Part shown: piece by piece, positions 1 through 9,724 of the stretch | Layout of the letters: each line of letters opens with the position of its first letter | Position numbering within the stretch: the stretch's first letter is position 1 | Source of the DNA: Candidatus Nanohalarchaeota archaeon | GTDB taxonomy: Archaea > Nanohalarchaeota > Nanosalinia > Nanosalinales > Nanosalinaceae | Length of the DNA: 64,000 bases | Assembly: GCA_022729235.1 (NCBI GenBank) | Contig: JALDAJ010000001.1 | Location: forward strand, 160,001-224,000 | Reading direction: 5' to 3' | Program-made: the position numbers and the translations under genes | Notes under the pieces: generated by a model | Database searches by the model: none | Seen by the model: only the letters and a program-made list of their open reading frames with translations | What the model was told of the DNA's origin: nothing

Positions 1-1
1 C

Positions 2-1255
2 GAAATCGGCGACCAGGTAAAAGTCGGAGAACACGAAGGACGTTTAATGCCGAAGCCCGAAACCGGAGACCCCGACACCTACCTCCTCAAACTTGATAAC
101 GGCTACAACATCGGAGTTAAGGGAGAATTAGGGCTTTTAGAGAAACGAACAGAGGAAGAACCTGAAAAACCGGAAGTCAAACACCAGGAAGACAGACCGG
201 ACATCCTGGTACTTCACACCGGAGGAACAATCGCCTCAAGAATATCATACGAGGAAGGTGGTGTCAAGCCCGCTTTCGACCCGGAAGACCTACTAGAGAT
301 GCACCCTGAAGTCGCGGAAGAGGTCAACATTCACTCAGAAGTCGTCGCCCAGATGTACTCAGGAGACATGGAACCCGGGCACTGGTTCCAGATAGCGGAT
401 AAAGTAGACGAGATCAAAGACGACTATGACGGGATAATAATCGGGCACGGAACAGATACAATGGCGTTCACCGGTGCCGCACTCCAGCTGATGCTGCAGA
501 ATATTGACACAGGCGTACTAATGGTGGGCTCACAGAGAAGTAGCGACCGACCGAGTAGCGATTCCTCCATGAACTTCTACTGCGCGACCAGGTTCCTGAA
601 GGAGACAGATTTCCAGGGCGTAGGAATCTGTATGCACGCATCCTCTAGCGATGATACCTGTAACATCTTACCGGCAGCAAAAGCTAGAAAAATGCATACT
701 TCAAGACGCGATGCTTTCAAAGCCATTAACTCTGAGCCTCTAGGGAGTGTAAACTACCAAAAAGGAGAGATCGAGGAAAATTTCGAAAATACAAGAGGCG
801 AATACGAGTTCCGTCCCGAACTAGAGACAGATGTACGGATGCTCAAGGTGAGACCAGGAATGGAAGTCGATGAGATAGAGTTCCTGCTGGAAAAGAATCC
901 GGACGGAGTAGTAATCGAGGGCACCGGTCTCGGTCACGCACCCGTCGATGTGCTGGACGAGAAAACCAAGCACCACGAAGAGATACTGGAAAAGATAGAC
1001 GAACTGGCGGATGACTCTGTAGTGGTGATGAGCTCTCACTGCCTCAACGGCAGAATCAACATGAACGTCTACGAATACGGGATTAAGCTTCAGGGCGCAG
1101 GAGTCATCGGCGCGGAAGACATGCATCCTGAACTCGCCTATGTAAAACTCATGTGGGCGCTCGGACAGGCAGACTCGAAAGAAGAAGCAGAAGAAATATT
1201 CCAGGAAAACATCGCGGGAGAGATAGAGGAAAGGAGTTTATACAAGGATGAATAG
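2..1255 (+). CDS. gatD: Glu-tRNA(Gln) amidotransferase subunit D (5' partial)
   Basis: Asparaginase-like motifs TGGTIAS, HGTDT and GSQRSSDRPSSD, plus KLDNGYNIG. The frame is open from the window start (EIGDQVKVGEHEGRLMP). Confidence 0.96.
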   Translation, partial: EIGDQVKVGEHEGRLMPKPETGDPDTYLLKLDNGYNIGVKGELGLLEKRTEEEPEKPEVKHQEDRPDILVLHTGGTIASRISYEEGGVKPAFDPEDLLEMHPEVAEEVNIHSEVVAQMYSGDMEPGHWFQIADKVDEIKDDYDGIIIGHGTDTMAFTGAALQLMLQNIDTGVLMVGSQRSSDRPSSDSSMNFYCATRFLKETDFQGVGICMHASSSDDTCNILPAAKARKMHTSRRDAFKAINSEPLGSVNYQKGEIEENFENTRGEYEFRPELETDVRMLKVRPGMEVDEIEFLLEKNPDGVVIEGTGLGHAPVDVLDEKTKHHEEILEKIDELADDSVVVMSSHCLNGRINMNVYEYGIKLQGAGVIGAEDMHPELAYVKLMWALGQADSKEEAEEIFQENIAGEIEERSLYKDE

Positions 1256-1514
1256 TATCAAGTACGTCGATGCCTCGTTGCTTGAAGCCCAATACCTAGA
1301 AAGAGGTCAAAATTCCTTCCAAGGCGAAAGATATGAGGCGCTCACTCCGAAAAAACTTATAGAAGAATACGCAAAGGAGGTCGGAGTTGACAAGATGCCG
1401 GCAATAGAACTCGAACCACTGAAGAAACGAGACTTCGATAACTGGGACCACTACAAACAGGCACTTGAAGAAGTCAAACGTACCGCCTTTCTAGAGGTAG
1501 CAGAAAATGACTAA
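1248..1514 (+). CDS. hypothetical protein
   Basis: 88-aa ORF overlapping both neighbours, as in translationally coupled genes. No motif recognised. Confidence 0.6.
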   Translation: MNSIKYVDASLLEAQYLERGQNSFQGERYEALTPKKLIEEYAKEVGVDKMPAIELEPLKKRDFDNWDHYKQALEEVKRTAFLEVAEND

Positions 1515-2043
1515 AATCTACGGAGTAACAGGGATGCCTCTGTCAGGTAAAACCACTGTAGCGGAGATGATGGAGGAACTCGATTACACGTTGCTAGACA
1601 TGGGAGAGGTCGTCCGGATAGAGATGGAGAAACGCGGAATCCCTCCTGGAAACGAGGGCGAGTTCGTGAATGAAATGCGCGAGGAGCACGGGATGGATGC
1701 CATCGCCCAGCTATCGATACCCTACCTGGAAGAGATGATAGATGAACGCGACAAAATCGTCATCACCGGTATGAGGGGCTGGAGCGAGAAAGAAAGGTTC
1801 GAGAAAGAGACAGGAGAAAACCTGGAGATTATCGCAGTATGGGCGTCAAGAGAAACCCGGAAAGATAGGCGTGAGGAACGTAAAAGAGAGGAAGACATGA
1901 AAGGACAGAGCTTCCAAGATCGCGACCTCCGGGAAATCGATAACGGCGTATCCAAACTACTCGCACTATCGGACCACATGATTAAAAACGATCAGACGAC
2001 GATGGAAGAACTAAGAAACGATGTGGAAGGACTTATTCGATAG
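1507..2043 (+). CDS. P-loop nucleotide kinase-like protein (UPF0200 / dephospho-CoA kinase-like)
   Basis: N-terminal GVTGMPLSGKTT Walker A, then LDMGEVVR and RDLRE motifs typical of this archaeal family. Confidence 0.8.
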   Translation: MTKIYGVTGMPLSGKTTVAEMMEELDYTLLDMGEVVRIEMEKRGIPPGNEGEFVNEMREEHGMDAIAQLSIPYLEEMIDERDKIVITGMRGWSEKERFEKETGENLEIIAVWASRETRKDRREERKREEDMKGQSFQDRDLREIDNGVSKLLALSDHMIKNDQTTMEELRNDVEGLIR

Positions 2044-2131
2044 GCCGTCATATAAAAGCGTGGCAATACCGGGGAGCGGGAGTAATAGATATAAAGCAAT
2101 CAGCGCCGCAAACCTGTATGTAGAGAGAGTA

Positions 2132-2422
2132 GTGAGCTCTCAATATGACAGTGAAGAGGACTTACCTAACTACCATCCTGACCGAGGAGCAGAGTTCTGG
2201 CCTGGAAACAAGAACCGTGTAAAAATATATAATCATCAGTATCATGAATGGGCTGAACGTCTCATAGTTAGAGCCAGTATAGAAGTAGAGAGTAGAGATG
2301 TAAGCGATGAATGGCCTATAATAAGGAGAATGCTAAACCCGGTAATGCCTGATGAGTTAAAACCTGAGACAGAGCAAGATACACTGGATAACTACAGAGA
2401 AAGCGAAACAGAAGAGGCATAA
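2132..2422 (+). CDS. hypothetical protein
   Basis: The ORF track gives 2021-2422. A GTG at 2132 downstream of TATA-like GATATAAAG (~2088) is the likelier start. AT-richer than its flanks. Confidence 0.5.
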   Translation: MSSQYDSEEDLPNYHPDRGAEFWPGNKNRVKIYNHQYHEWAERLIVRASIEVESRDVSDEWPIIRRMLNPVMPDELKPETEQDTLDNYRESETEEA

Positions 2423-2424
2423 TA

Positions 2425-4281
2425 ATGAACTACGAAGAACTTGGATTTCGTTGCGGAATAGAAATTCACCAGCAGCTGGCGACAGAGACAAAGCTGTTCT
2501 GTAACTGTCCTATAGATCTAGAGGATGAGGCTGCTGATGCACAGGTAGAGCGCTTCCTTTCCGCGGTCGCCGGCGAGACAGGGGAAAAAGATCTAGCAGC
2601 GAGAGTAGAGGAGACCAAGTCCCGCAAGTACGTATACAACTACTACAAACGAAACAACTGCCTCGTAGAACTGGACGAAGAGCCTCCGCACCCTCTCAAC
2701 CGCGAAGCACTGGACACCGCGTTAACCTTTGTAAGGATGGTAGATGCAGAGGTTCCGGACGAGATACAGGTGATGCGGAAGCTGGTGGTCGACGGATCAA
2801 ATACAAGCGGGTTCCAGAGAACCGCTATGGTCGGGCTCAACGGCGAACTGGAAACGGAATCTGGCAGCGTAAAAATAGAGGATGTTGAACTTGAAGAAGA
2901 GTCGGCAGGAATCCACAAACGCACCGACGGAAAAGCAATCTACGACCTGAACAGGCTAGGAATACCGCTGGTAGAAGTAGGAACTGATGCATCCATAAAG
3001 AACCCGGAACACGCCCGAGAAGTCGCGATGGAAATCGGGATGCTCCTACGCTCGACAGGAAAAGCAAGGAGAGGACTCGGTACTATAAGACAGGACGTAA
3101 ACGTATCGATAGAAGACGGCTCCAGGGTAGAGATCAAAGGATTCCAGGATGTCCAGAACATCGACAAACTAATCGAGCTGGAGGTCAAGAGGCAGAAAAA
3201 ACTTGTCGAACTCGGAGAGGAACTGAACGAGGCAGAAGTTCAGACGGAAAACGTAACAGAAATATTCGAGGACTCGGAAAACGAGATAATATCAACTGTA
3301 ATCGAAAACAACGGTGCCGTCTACGCCCTGAAAATACCGCAACTCGCAGGAAGAATGAAAGAAGAGATATCCGGCGACCGGTACCTCGCGCTCGAACTGG
3401 TTGACTACGCGAAAAGCCGCGGACTCAAAGGAATGATTCATACAGACGAGGATATCGAAAACTATAACCTAGACGAGGAATTCGACCGGCTCGCGGAGAA
3501 ATTTGGAAGCGAGCCTGAAGATGTACTCGCGATACTTGCCGGACCGGAAGAACAGGCAAGAGAAGCGGCGGAAGCAGTCAAACACCGAGCCGAACTTATT
3601 TACAGTGGAGAAGTACCCGAAGAGACCAGGAACGCGGAGCAGGACTTCACCACCTCATATTCAAGACCGCTGCCTGGAGCCGCCCGGATGTATCCTGAGA
3701 CCGATATACCCGCGATACCTGTCAGCGACGAAAAAGTAGAGGAGATAGACGAGAACCTGCCAGAGACCCTGGAAGAACGCGAGGAGAGATACGCGGAAGA
3801 AATCGGGGAAGAACTCGCATCGCAGATAGTCTACGGAGACTATCTGACCCTTTTCGAAGAATTCAACGATAAGATCAACACGAAGCTCGCCGCAAACATC
3901 TTCACCAATACGCTCGCACAGCTCGAAGCCAGCGACGTGCCTGTTGAACAGCTAGAGAGGAAACATTTCGAGGCGCTCTTCGACTCTCTGGATTCAGGAG
4001 ACGCGGAGAAAGGCGACATCGAGAACATACTCGAAGAACTAGCGGAGAAACCTCTTGAACAACCGGAGGAAGTCGTGGAAGAGACCCTGGAAGGAAAGGC
4101 AGACGAAGACGAGATACGAGAAGTTGTGAAGGAAGTCCTTGAAGAAAAAGAGGGGATGGTAGAAGAACAGGGCATGCATGCCCAGGGCGCACTGATGGGA
4201 CTGGTCATGCAACAGGTCGATGCGGACGGCGGGACTGTTTCACAGATACTCCAGGAAGAGCTCCAGGAAAGGGTCGAGTAG
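2425..4281 (+). CDS. gatE: Glu-tRNA(Gln) amidotransferase subunit E
   Basis: GIEIHQQL, KLFC, MRKLVVDGSNTSGFQRT, GLGTIRQDVNVSI and RPLPGAARMYPETD motifs. Confidence 0.97.
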   Translation: MNYEELGFRCGIEIHQQLATETKLFCNCPIDLEDEAADAQVERFLSAVAGETGEKDLAARVEETKSRKYVYNYYKRNNCLVELDEEPPHPLNREALDTALTFVRMVDAEVPDEIQVMRKLVVDGSNTSGFQRTAMVGLNGELETESGSVKIEDVELEEESAGIHKRTDGKAIYDLNRLGIPLVEVGTDASIKNPEHAREVAMEIGMLLRSTGKARRGLGTIRQDVNVSIEDGSRVEIKGFQDVQNIDKLIELEVKRQKKLVELGEELNEAEVQTENVTEIFEDSENEIISTVIENNGAVYALKIPQLAGRMKEEISGDRYLALELVDYAKSRGLKGMIHTDEDIENYNLDEEFDRLAEKFGSEPEDVLAILAGPEEQAREAAEAVKHRAELIYSGEVPEETRNAEQDFTTSYSRPLPGAARMYPETDIPAIPVSDEKVEEIDENLPETLEEREERYAEEIGEELASQIVYGDYLTLFEEFNDKINTKLAANIFTNTLAQLEASDVPVEQLERKHFEALFDSLDSGDAEKGDIENILEELAEKPLEQPEEVVEETLEGKADEDEIREVVKEVLEEKEGMVEEQGMHAQGALMGLVMQQVDADGGTVSQILQEELQERVE

Positions 4282-4307
4282 CGTACTTGTGACCCGTATA
4301 CGATTAG

Positions 4308-4316
4308 TTTTTATAA
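4308..4316 (+). promoter_or_regulatory. TATA box of the thermosome gene
   Basis: TTTTTATAA about 45 nt upstream of the ATG, followed by the SD AGGTGA. Confidence 0.55.
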
Positions 4317-4360
4317 TTTGGTGTTAAGTCTCACAATGTTTCTCAAGGTGAAATCAACTC

Positions 4361-6025
4361 ATGACAGGACTAGGTGGACAACCCGTATTCATCATGTCGG
4401 AAGACGCACAACGACAAACTGGTGAAGACGCACAGGAAAACAATATCTCAGCATGTAAAACAGTAGCAAAAGCTGTTCGAACAACTCTAGGACCGAAAGG
4501 AATGGACAAGATGATGGTCGACTCCATCGGCGACATAGTCGTGACCAACGACGGAGTGACTATCCTGGAAGAGATGGACCTCGAACATCCAGCAGCGAAG
4601 ATGATGGTAGAGGTCGCGCAGACCCAGGAAGAAGAGGTCGGCGACGGGACAACGACCGCGGTCGTCCTCGCAGGAGAACTCCTGAAACAGGCGGAAGACC
4701 TGCTTGACCAGGAAATCCATCCAACAGTTATCACAAACGGATTCAGGCTCGCAAAGGACAGGGCTACTAACGTACTTGACGACCTTGCAGAAGAAGTCAC
4801 AATCAACGACCAGGAAACACTTGAAAAGGTAGCGATGACAGCGATGACAGGAAAATCCGCAGAGGCTGCAAGAGACTACCTCGCAGAAATCGCAGTTGAC
4901 GCAGTCCGATCTGTAGCAGAGGAAGACGGCAACGAATACGTGGTCGACCGCGACATGGTAAAGGTCGAAAAGAGTCAGGGAGCATCCGCAGAGGATACAG
5001 AACTTGTAAAAGGCGTAATCCTTGACAAGGAGAAAGTTCACAGCGGGATGCCTTCAAAGGTCGAAAACGCGAAAATCGCGGTACTTGACTCACCGATCGA
5101 AGTAAGGGAAACTGAGACCGACGCGGAGATCAACATCTCCGACCCATCGCAGATGAAGAACTTCGTCGAACAGGAGGAAGCACAGCTGAAAGAGATGGTC
5201 AACGCTATCGAAGAATCCGGCGCAAACGTCGTCTTCTGCCAGAAAGGAATCGATGACATCGCACAGCACTACCTCGCGAAGAGAGGCATCTTTGCGATCA
5301 GAAGAGTCTCCTCCAGCGACGTAGATAAACTTGCAAAGGCTACAGGAGCCAACATCGTAACCTCTGTAGACGACATAGACTCCAGCGATCTTGGAGAAGC
5401 AGGAGCTGTTGGACAGCGCAGAATCGGCGGAGACGCCATGACGTTCGTCCAGGACTGTCCAGAAGCCAAGAGCGTTTCAATCCTCATCAGAGGCGGAACA
5501 GAACACGTAGTAGATGAAATCGAGAGAGCGATGGAAGATGCGCTCGGAAGCGTATCAAGCGCACTAAGAAACGGTCAAATAGTTGGCGGAGGCGGAGCTA
5601 CAGAAGTAGAACTCGCCCGCGAACTCAGAAACCATGCAGACTCAGTAGGCGGAAGAGAACAGCTCGCGATTAACGCATTCGCAGACGCACTCGAAGTCAT
5701 CCCCCGGACTCTATCCGAAAACGCAGGTTTCGACCCTATCGACACCCTCGTCGAACTGAGAAATCAGCACGAGGACGGAGACCACTGGGCAGGAATCGAC
5801 GTAACCTCCGGCAAGAGCGAGGCGCTCTTCGAACAGGGAGTCGTCGAACCACGGCAGACCAAGACACAGGCAGTACAGTCCGCTAGCGAGGCGGCAGAGA
5901 TGGTTCTCAGAATCGACGACGTTATCGCTGCCTCAGGATTCGACAGCGACGGCGGAGACGCAGGCGGACCACCAGCCGGCGGCGGAATGCCCGGCGGAAT
6001 GGGCGGCATGGGAGGAATGATGTGA
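4361..6025 (+). CDS. ths: thermosome (group II chaperonin) subunit
   Basis: [18 protein letters not shown] and GDGTTT motifs, with a GGM-repeat C-terminal tail. Confidence 0.98.
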   Translation: MTGLGGQPVFIMSEDAQRQTGEDAQENNISACKTVAKAVRTTLGPKGMDKMMVDSIGDIVVTNDGVTILEEMDLEHPAAKMMVEVAQTQEEEVGDGTTTAVVLAGELLKQAEDLLDQEIHPTVITNGFRLAKDRATNVLDDLAEEVTINDQETLEKVAMTAMTGKSAEAARDYLAEIAVDAVRSVAEEDGNEYVVDRDMVKVEKSQGASAEDTELVKGVILDKEKVHSGMPSKVENAKIAVLDSPIEVRETETDAEINISDPSQMKNFVEQEEAQLKEMVNAIEESGANVVFCQKGIDDIAQHYLAKRGIFAIRRVSSSDVDKLAKATGANIVTSVDDIDSSDLGEAGAVGQRRIGGDAMTFVQDCPEAKSVSILIRGGTEHVVDEIERAMEDALGSVSSALRNGQIVGGGGATEVELARELRNHADSVGGREQLAINAFADALEVIPRTLSENAGFDPIDTLVELRNQHEDGDHWAGIDVTSGKSEALFEQGVVEPRQTKTQAVQSASEAAEMVLRIDDVIAASGFDSDGGDAGGPPAGGGMPGGMGGMGGMM

Positions 6026-6195
6026 GGTCGAGAGACCGAGCATCTTCCGACCTTGCAGAAGATCCCTGATCTTCGAATGGGCGGTATGATGTAGGACTCT
6101 CAGACAGAGTTTCATCCGCAGGAATCAGCGATTCCTGTTAAAAGCAGTCTTTACAGAAGACTGCGTCATACCTAAGCCGTTCCTAGAACGGCTTC
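6026..6195 (+). repeat. array of six short palindromes/hairpins 3' of ths
   Basis: GGTC-gaga-GACC, GAAGATC-cct-GATCTTC, ACTCT-cagac-AGAGT, CAGGAATC-agc-GATTCCTG, GCAGTCTT-tacag-AAGACTGC and AAGCCGTTC-cta-GAACGGCTT, followed by a pyrimidine tract. Confidence 0.8.
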
Positions 6196-6286
6196 CTATC
6201 CTTTTTCCCTCCCAACAACTATCGATCTTTAAACACACCTGAAACACCACCAACCTACTTAAGTTTTTACCCTTCAGTAAAAACAT

Positions 6287-7171
6287 ATGACATCTGAGAA
6301 TGGTTTCGAGAACGTAAGAAAGAAACTGGACGAAGAAGAGCTTGAAGGAGACTTAGAGGAAAGACTGGAAACTTTAATGGAATACCGTTCTCAGGCAAGA
6401 GAGGTCGCCTCAGAGAAGAAAAAGGAGATAGAACAAGAAAAAGAACAGATTGAAGATACCATCAACGCTCTTGCAAGGGAAACAGTCAGAGCTTACGATG
6501 GACCGCATATCTACGAACTTTCCGATCAGATAGTCAAGGTACTAGAAAACGTTGATGCCGATATTGCCTCACGAGGAAGCAGAACAATAGGAACGGAAAA
6601 GATGACTGACGACTTATCAGACCTAGGATTGCCCTTCCTAAACACCATGAACTATGAAGATCATCTTGGAAGAAAATCCAAAATGGAGACAATTGGAAAC
6701 GAATCAATCGCTGGAAGAGGCGTACTTGAGAAATCCAAAGAAGGACAGATAGTTAGTGCGGCTGTTCATGGAGACCATCTATTTTACAAAGCTGAGAACC
6801 CTCGTGCTGCAAATATGATCGGTATAGGAGGACATCACTTCCAGAAATCGAAGTCCCCAACTGCTATAAACGGCGTAACTTATGGAGAACATGCCTTCGA
6901 AAAAGCAGATAGTCCTTATCTCGAAAGCTGGCATCTAAGCGGACGTCACGCTCTAGCAAACTCAGAGAACCCTGTAATAGTAGATGCAACGATAGAAGGA
7001 AAACACGCTCTAAGAAATGCCAGATCACCTACATTGATTAACGTTGATGGGACCTATGACGCACCAGATAATAGTATAGTTTACGAGGAAGTTCCAGATG
7101 AGGTAATTGCTGAAATTGGACCAGAAGACGATATAGAAGAACTAGTTTCTGATGAATACAGAGTCACCTGA
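6287..7171 (+). CDS. hypothetical protein: N-terminal coiled coil plus 19-aa repeat solenoid
   Basis: 294-aa ORF with seven repeats of GxH(A/L/H)(F/L)xx(S/A)xxP at a 19-aa period. Confidence 0.8.
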   Translation: MTSENGFENVRKKLDEEELEGDLEERLETLMEYRSQAREVASEKKKEIEQEKEQIEDTINALARETVRAYDGPHIYELSDQIVKVLENVDADIASRGSRTIGTEKMTDDLSDLGLPFLNTMNYEDHLGRKSKMETIGNESIAGRGVLEKSKEGQIVSAAVHGDHLFYKAENPRAANMIGIGGHHFQKSKSPTAINGVTYGEHAFEKADSPYLESWHLSGRHALANSENPVIVDATIEGKHALRNARSPTLINVDGTYDAPDNSIVYEEVPDEVIAEIGPEDDIEELVSDEYRVT

Positions 7172-7199
7172 AAACAATCTTCTAAGCTAACACTTCATT

Positions 7200-7832
7200 A
7201 TGCCCTAATCAAAGAACAAAAATAAACTCTCAGAGGACTTCTTCAATAGAAGAGTCGACAAGGTAGCGGAAGAACTTCCGGGCAAACTTCTAGTATACAA
7301 CAGCGATGGAGGAACTGCTGGCGGCATAATAGTCGAGACCGAGGCCTACCTAGGAAGGGAGGACCATGCATCACACCTTGTGAAGGCGGGAGAGAAACGC
7401 GAGAAAGTTTTCGATAAAGGCGCGGGAACGGTCTACATTTTCAAGATATACCACTGCAACCTGAACTTCATCACTGAACACGCCGGGATTGCGGAAGGCG
7501 TACTTATACGGGCGCTGGAGCCTACAAAAGGAATAGAGTTGATGAAGCAGCAGCGCGGAGTAGAAGAGAAAACAGAGCTAGCCTCGGGACCGGGAAGACT
7601 AACGGAGGCGCTTGGAATCACGAAAGAACAGGAGAACAGGAAACCGGTAGAGGACAGTAATGTCTCAATATACGATACAGGTCTGGAGCCAGAGATTGAG
7701 AAGACAGGTAGAATAGGTATCTCAGAGGCGAAGGACTGGCCGCTGCGGTTTACTGTAAAAGGGAGCGATTATGTTTCCACAGCTTCTAGTACGGAAATAT
7801 CAGAGGACTTTGACATTGGAAAATACTATTGA
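7200..7832 (+). pseudogene. mpg: 3-methyladenine DNA glycosylase (Mpg/AAG), start disrupted
   Basis: The frame upstream of ORF 7380 reads LSEDFFNR...GIIVETEAYLGREDHASH, then GVLIRALEP, SGPGRLTEALGI and RIGIS. The only upstream ATG (7200) is followed by TAA at codon 3. Confidence 0.75.
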
Positions 7833-7941
7833 TTTTTCCGGCACCCACTGGAGCCTTAACACATGATCCAACTTTGTGAAGTTGGGTGGGTTATAAATAC
7901 GGGCGTCAGGAATTTTGACCTGTATAACCGGTGTCACAATC

Positions 7942-8601
7942 ATGTCGGAGGAAGAAGTTGATTTAGGTGAAGAAACAGACGACTACGAAGTCGTACCTGT
8001 AGGTCCTATCAGGCGACTTGAGAAAAGGATAGATAATATTGAAACAAAGGCTCAGGGTGGCGGTCCGAGTGATGATGTCGTACGTGACGTTCTCGACATC
8101 ATGAAATCTAACCAGAAAATCGTCAACGACATGACCCAGTCCACCCACGAACTGAAGAACGAAGTAGAAGACCTGACCCACAAGATGGACGAGGTAGTTG
8201 ACAACATGAACTCGTTCATGGACTTACTGAAGGACGCCTCGGAGATGGATATGGAAGGTGAAGTGGTCGGAGACATGCAGTCAAGAATAGCCGATGCTGT
8301 AGGGAACCGGATGGAAGATATAGTTACAGACATGCAGGAGTCCAACCGGCAGCTTGTTGACTCCCTGGAAGACATAAACCAGAGTATAAAGCGCTCATAC
8401 GCCGCCCAGAACAAAGATGAAATTCTCGAGAGAGGTGACCGAAGACAGAGGCGTTCAGGCAACCGTCAGAGTCAGCAGCAAAGAGGTGCAAATGACGGAG
8501 GTCAAGGGCAGAGACAGACCCAACAGCCTGAAGACGAACGAGGTCAGGAGCGGATGAGAAAACTTAGAGAACGTTTCAACGATATGAATGAAGAATCGTG
8601 A
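7942..8601 (+). CDS. coiled-coil protein heading the pilus locus
   Basis: ATG at 7942 downstream of TTATAAAT (7891). Heptad-rich with a Q/R/G-rich tail. The stop overlaps the first pilin start. Confidence 0.8.
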   Translation: MSEEEVDLGEETDDYEVVPVGPIRRLEKRIDNIETKAQGGGPSDDVVRDVLDIMKSNQKIVNDMTQSTHELKNEVEDLTHKMDEVVDNMNSFMDLLKDASEMDMEGEVVGDMQSRIADAVGNRMEDIVTDMQESNRQLVDSLEDINQSIKRSYAAQNKDEILERGDRRQRRSGNRQSQQQRGANDGGQGQRQTQQPEDERGQERMRKLRERFNDMNEES

Positions 8602-9119
8602 GCCCGGTAAGCAAAGGCATAACACCTGTTGTCGCAACAGTTCTTCTTTTGACCATCAGTGTAGCCGCCACCGCGACAGCATATAACTTCATAATAGATA
8701 CACAGGAAAGAGTCGCCCAGGGCCTAGAGGAAGATCTCACCACCCAGGAGCTAAAACAGCAGTCAGATATCAGTATAGACTTCGCTTACAACAGCACTGG
8801 TAACTTCACATTGATCAACCTCAGGAACAGCGGTTCTATAAGCATACCTATCAACGAGAGCGGGATGAAACCGCTCCGGCTTTACGCGGACGGCAGACCA
8901 GTAGAATCAGAGGTAGGTGGGCCAGGAGAAGGATGGAAGTATGGCGACTCCGATGACCAGGCACCGGAAGAAAGAATCCTGATAGACCCTGACGAAACAC
9001 GGACTATAAACACCACCGTACAGTACCCCGTAAGAGGCGAAAGTAAGGCTTTCAGGTTCGTAGGACCTTATGACAGCGTGGCATCGAAAACCTGCTACAA
9101 CTCAGGATCCTCCTGTTAA
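8598..9119 (+). CDS. type IV pilin/archaellin-like protein
   Basis: Class III signal peptide SKG|ITPVVATVLLL and a C-terminal Cys pair. Confidence 0.88.
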   Translation: MSPVSKGITPVVATVLLLTISVAATATAYNFIIDTQERVAQGLEEDLTTQELKQQSDISIDFAYNSTGNFTLINLRNSGSISIPINESGMKPLRLYADGRPVESEVGGPGEGWKYGDSDDQAPEERILIDPDETRTINTTVQYPVRGESKAFRFVGPYDSVASKTCYNSGSSC

Positions 9120-9164
9120 CTTATTTAAAGAAATAATAGGAAAACACTTCTAGAGACAGGTAAT

Positions 9165-9674
9165 ATGAAGAGAAAAGGTATCACCCCTGTAATCGCCATC
9201 GTACTTCTAATGCTGATAACAGTCGGAGCTGTAGGTGTCGTCTACACACAGTTCGAAGAGATAACAGACAGACAGGCCGACCTGGACTTTCTAGAAGACA
9301 TGGACATCAGAGTACAGAGTACGGTACTCGAAAGCGATGGGAACATGGAAATAACGCTTGAAAACAATGATAACGAACAGGTTAACCTTACAGAGACTGC
9401 AAGGCTCGAATACAGTGTAGAAGGTGAAGGCAGAGTTGGACCTACCACATTCGAAACAGTATCCGGATACGCGTATGAAGGTGGAGAATGTCTCGAACAA
9501 GGTAATGCTGATTATGGAGCATTTGAACCAGGAGATATAGTAACTTGCGATACCGGCGTTGAGATGGCTGATCCCGGGGACCCTATCACAGTTTACCTCA
9601 TAGAAACAGGTTCCGGAGATGTAGTGGATTCAACCACCTGTTCGCCTTCGACATCCAGCAGTTCAACCTGTTGA
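9165..9674 (+). CDS. type IV pilin (probable major pilin)
   Basis: MKRKG|ITPVIAIVLLMLIT, with its own TATA-like TTTAAAG at ~9124 and four Cys. Confidence 0.9.
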   Translation: MKRKGITPVIAIVLLMLITVGAVGVVYTQFEEITDRQADLDFLEDMDIRVQSTVLESDGNMEITLENNDNEQVNLTETARLEYSVEGEGRVGPTTFETVSGYAYEGGECLEQGNADYGAFEPGDIVTCDTGVEMADPGDPITVYLIETGSGDVVDSTTCSPSTSSSSTC

Positions 9675-9724
9675 ATCTATTCTCTTCCACTTATTTTATA
9701 TTCGAGCAAGGAGCTTTTTGAGAT

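Noticed and set aside
6023-6040. Selenocysteine recoding of the ths UGA
   Set aside because: There is no catalytic context for Sec and no recognisable archaeal SECIS or sel genes in the window.
6026-6195. CRISPR array
   Set aside because: The hairpins differ in sequence, with no constant repeat, no regular spacers and no cas genes.
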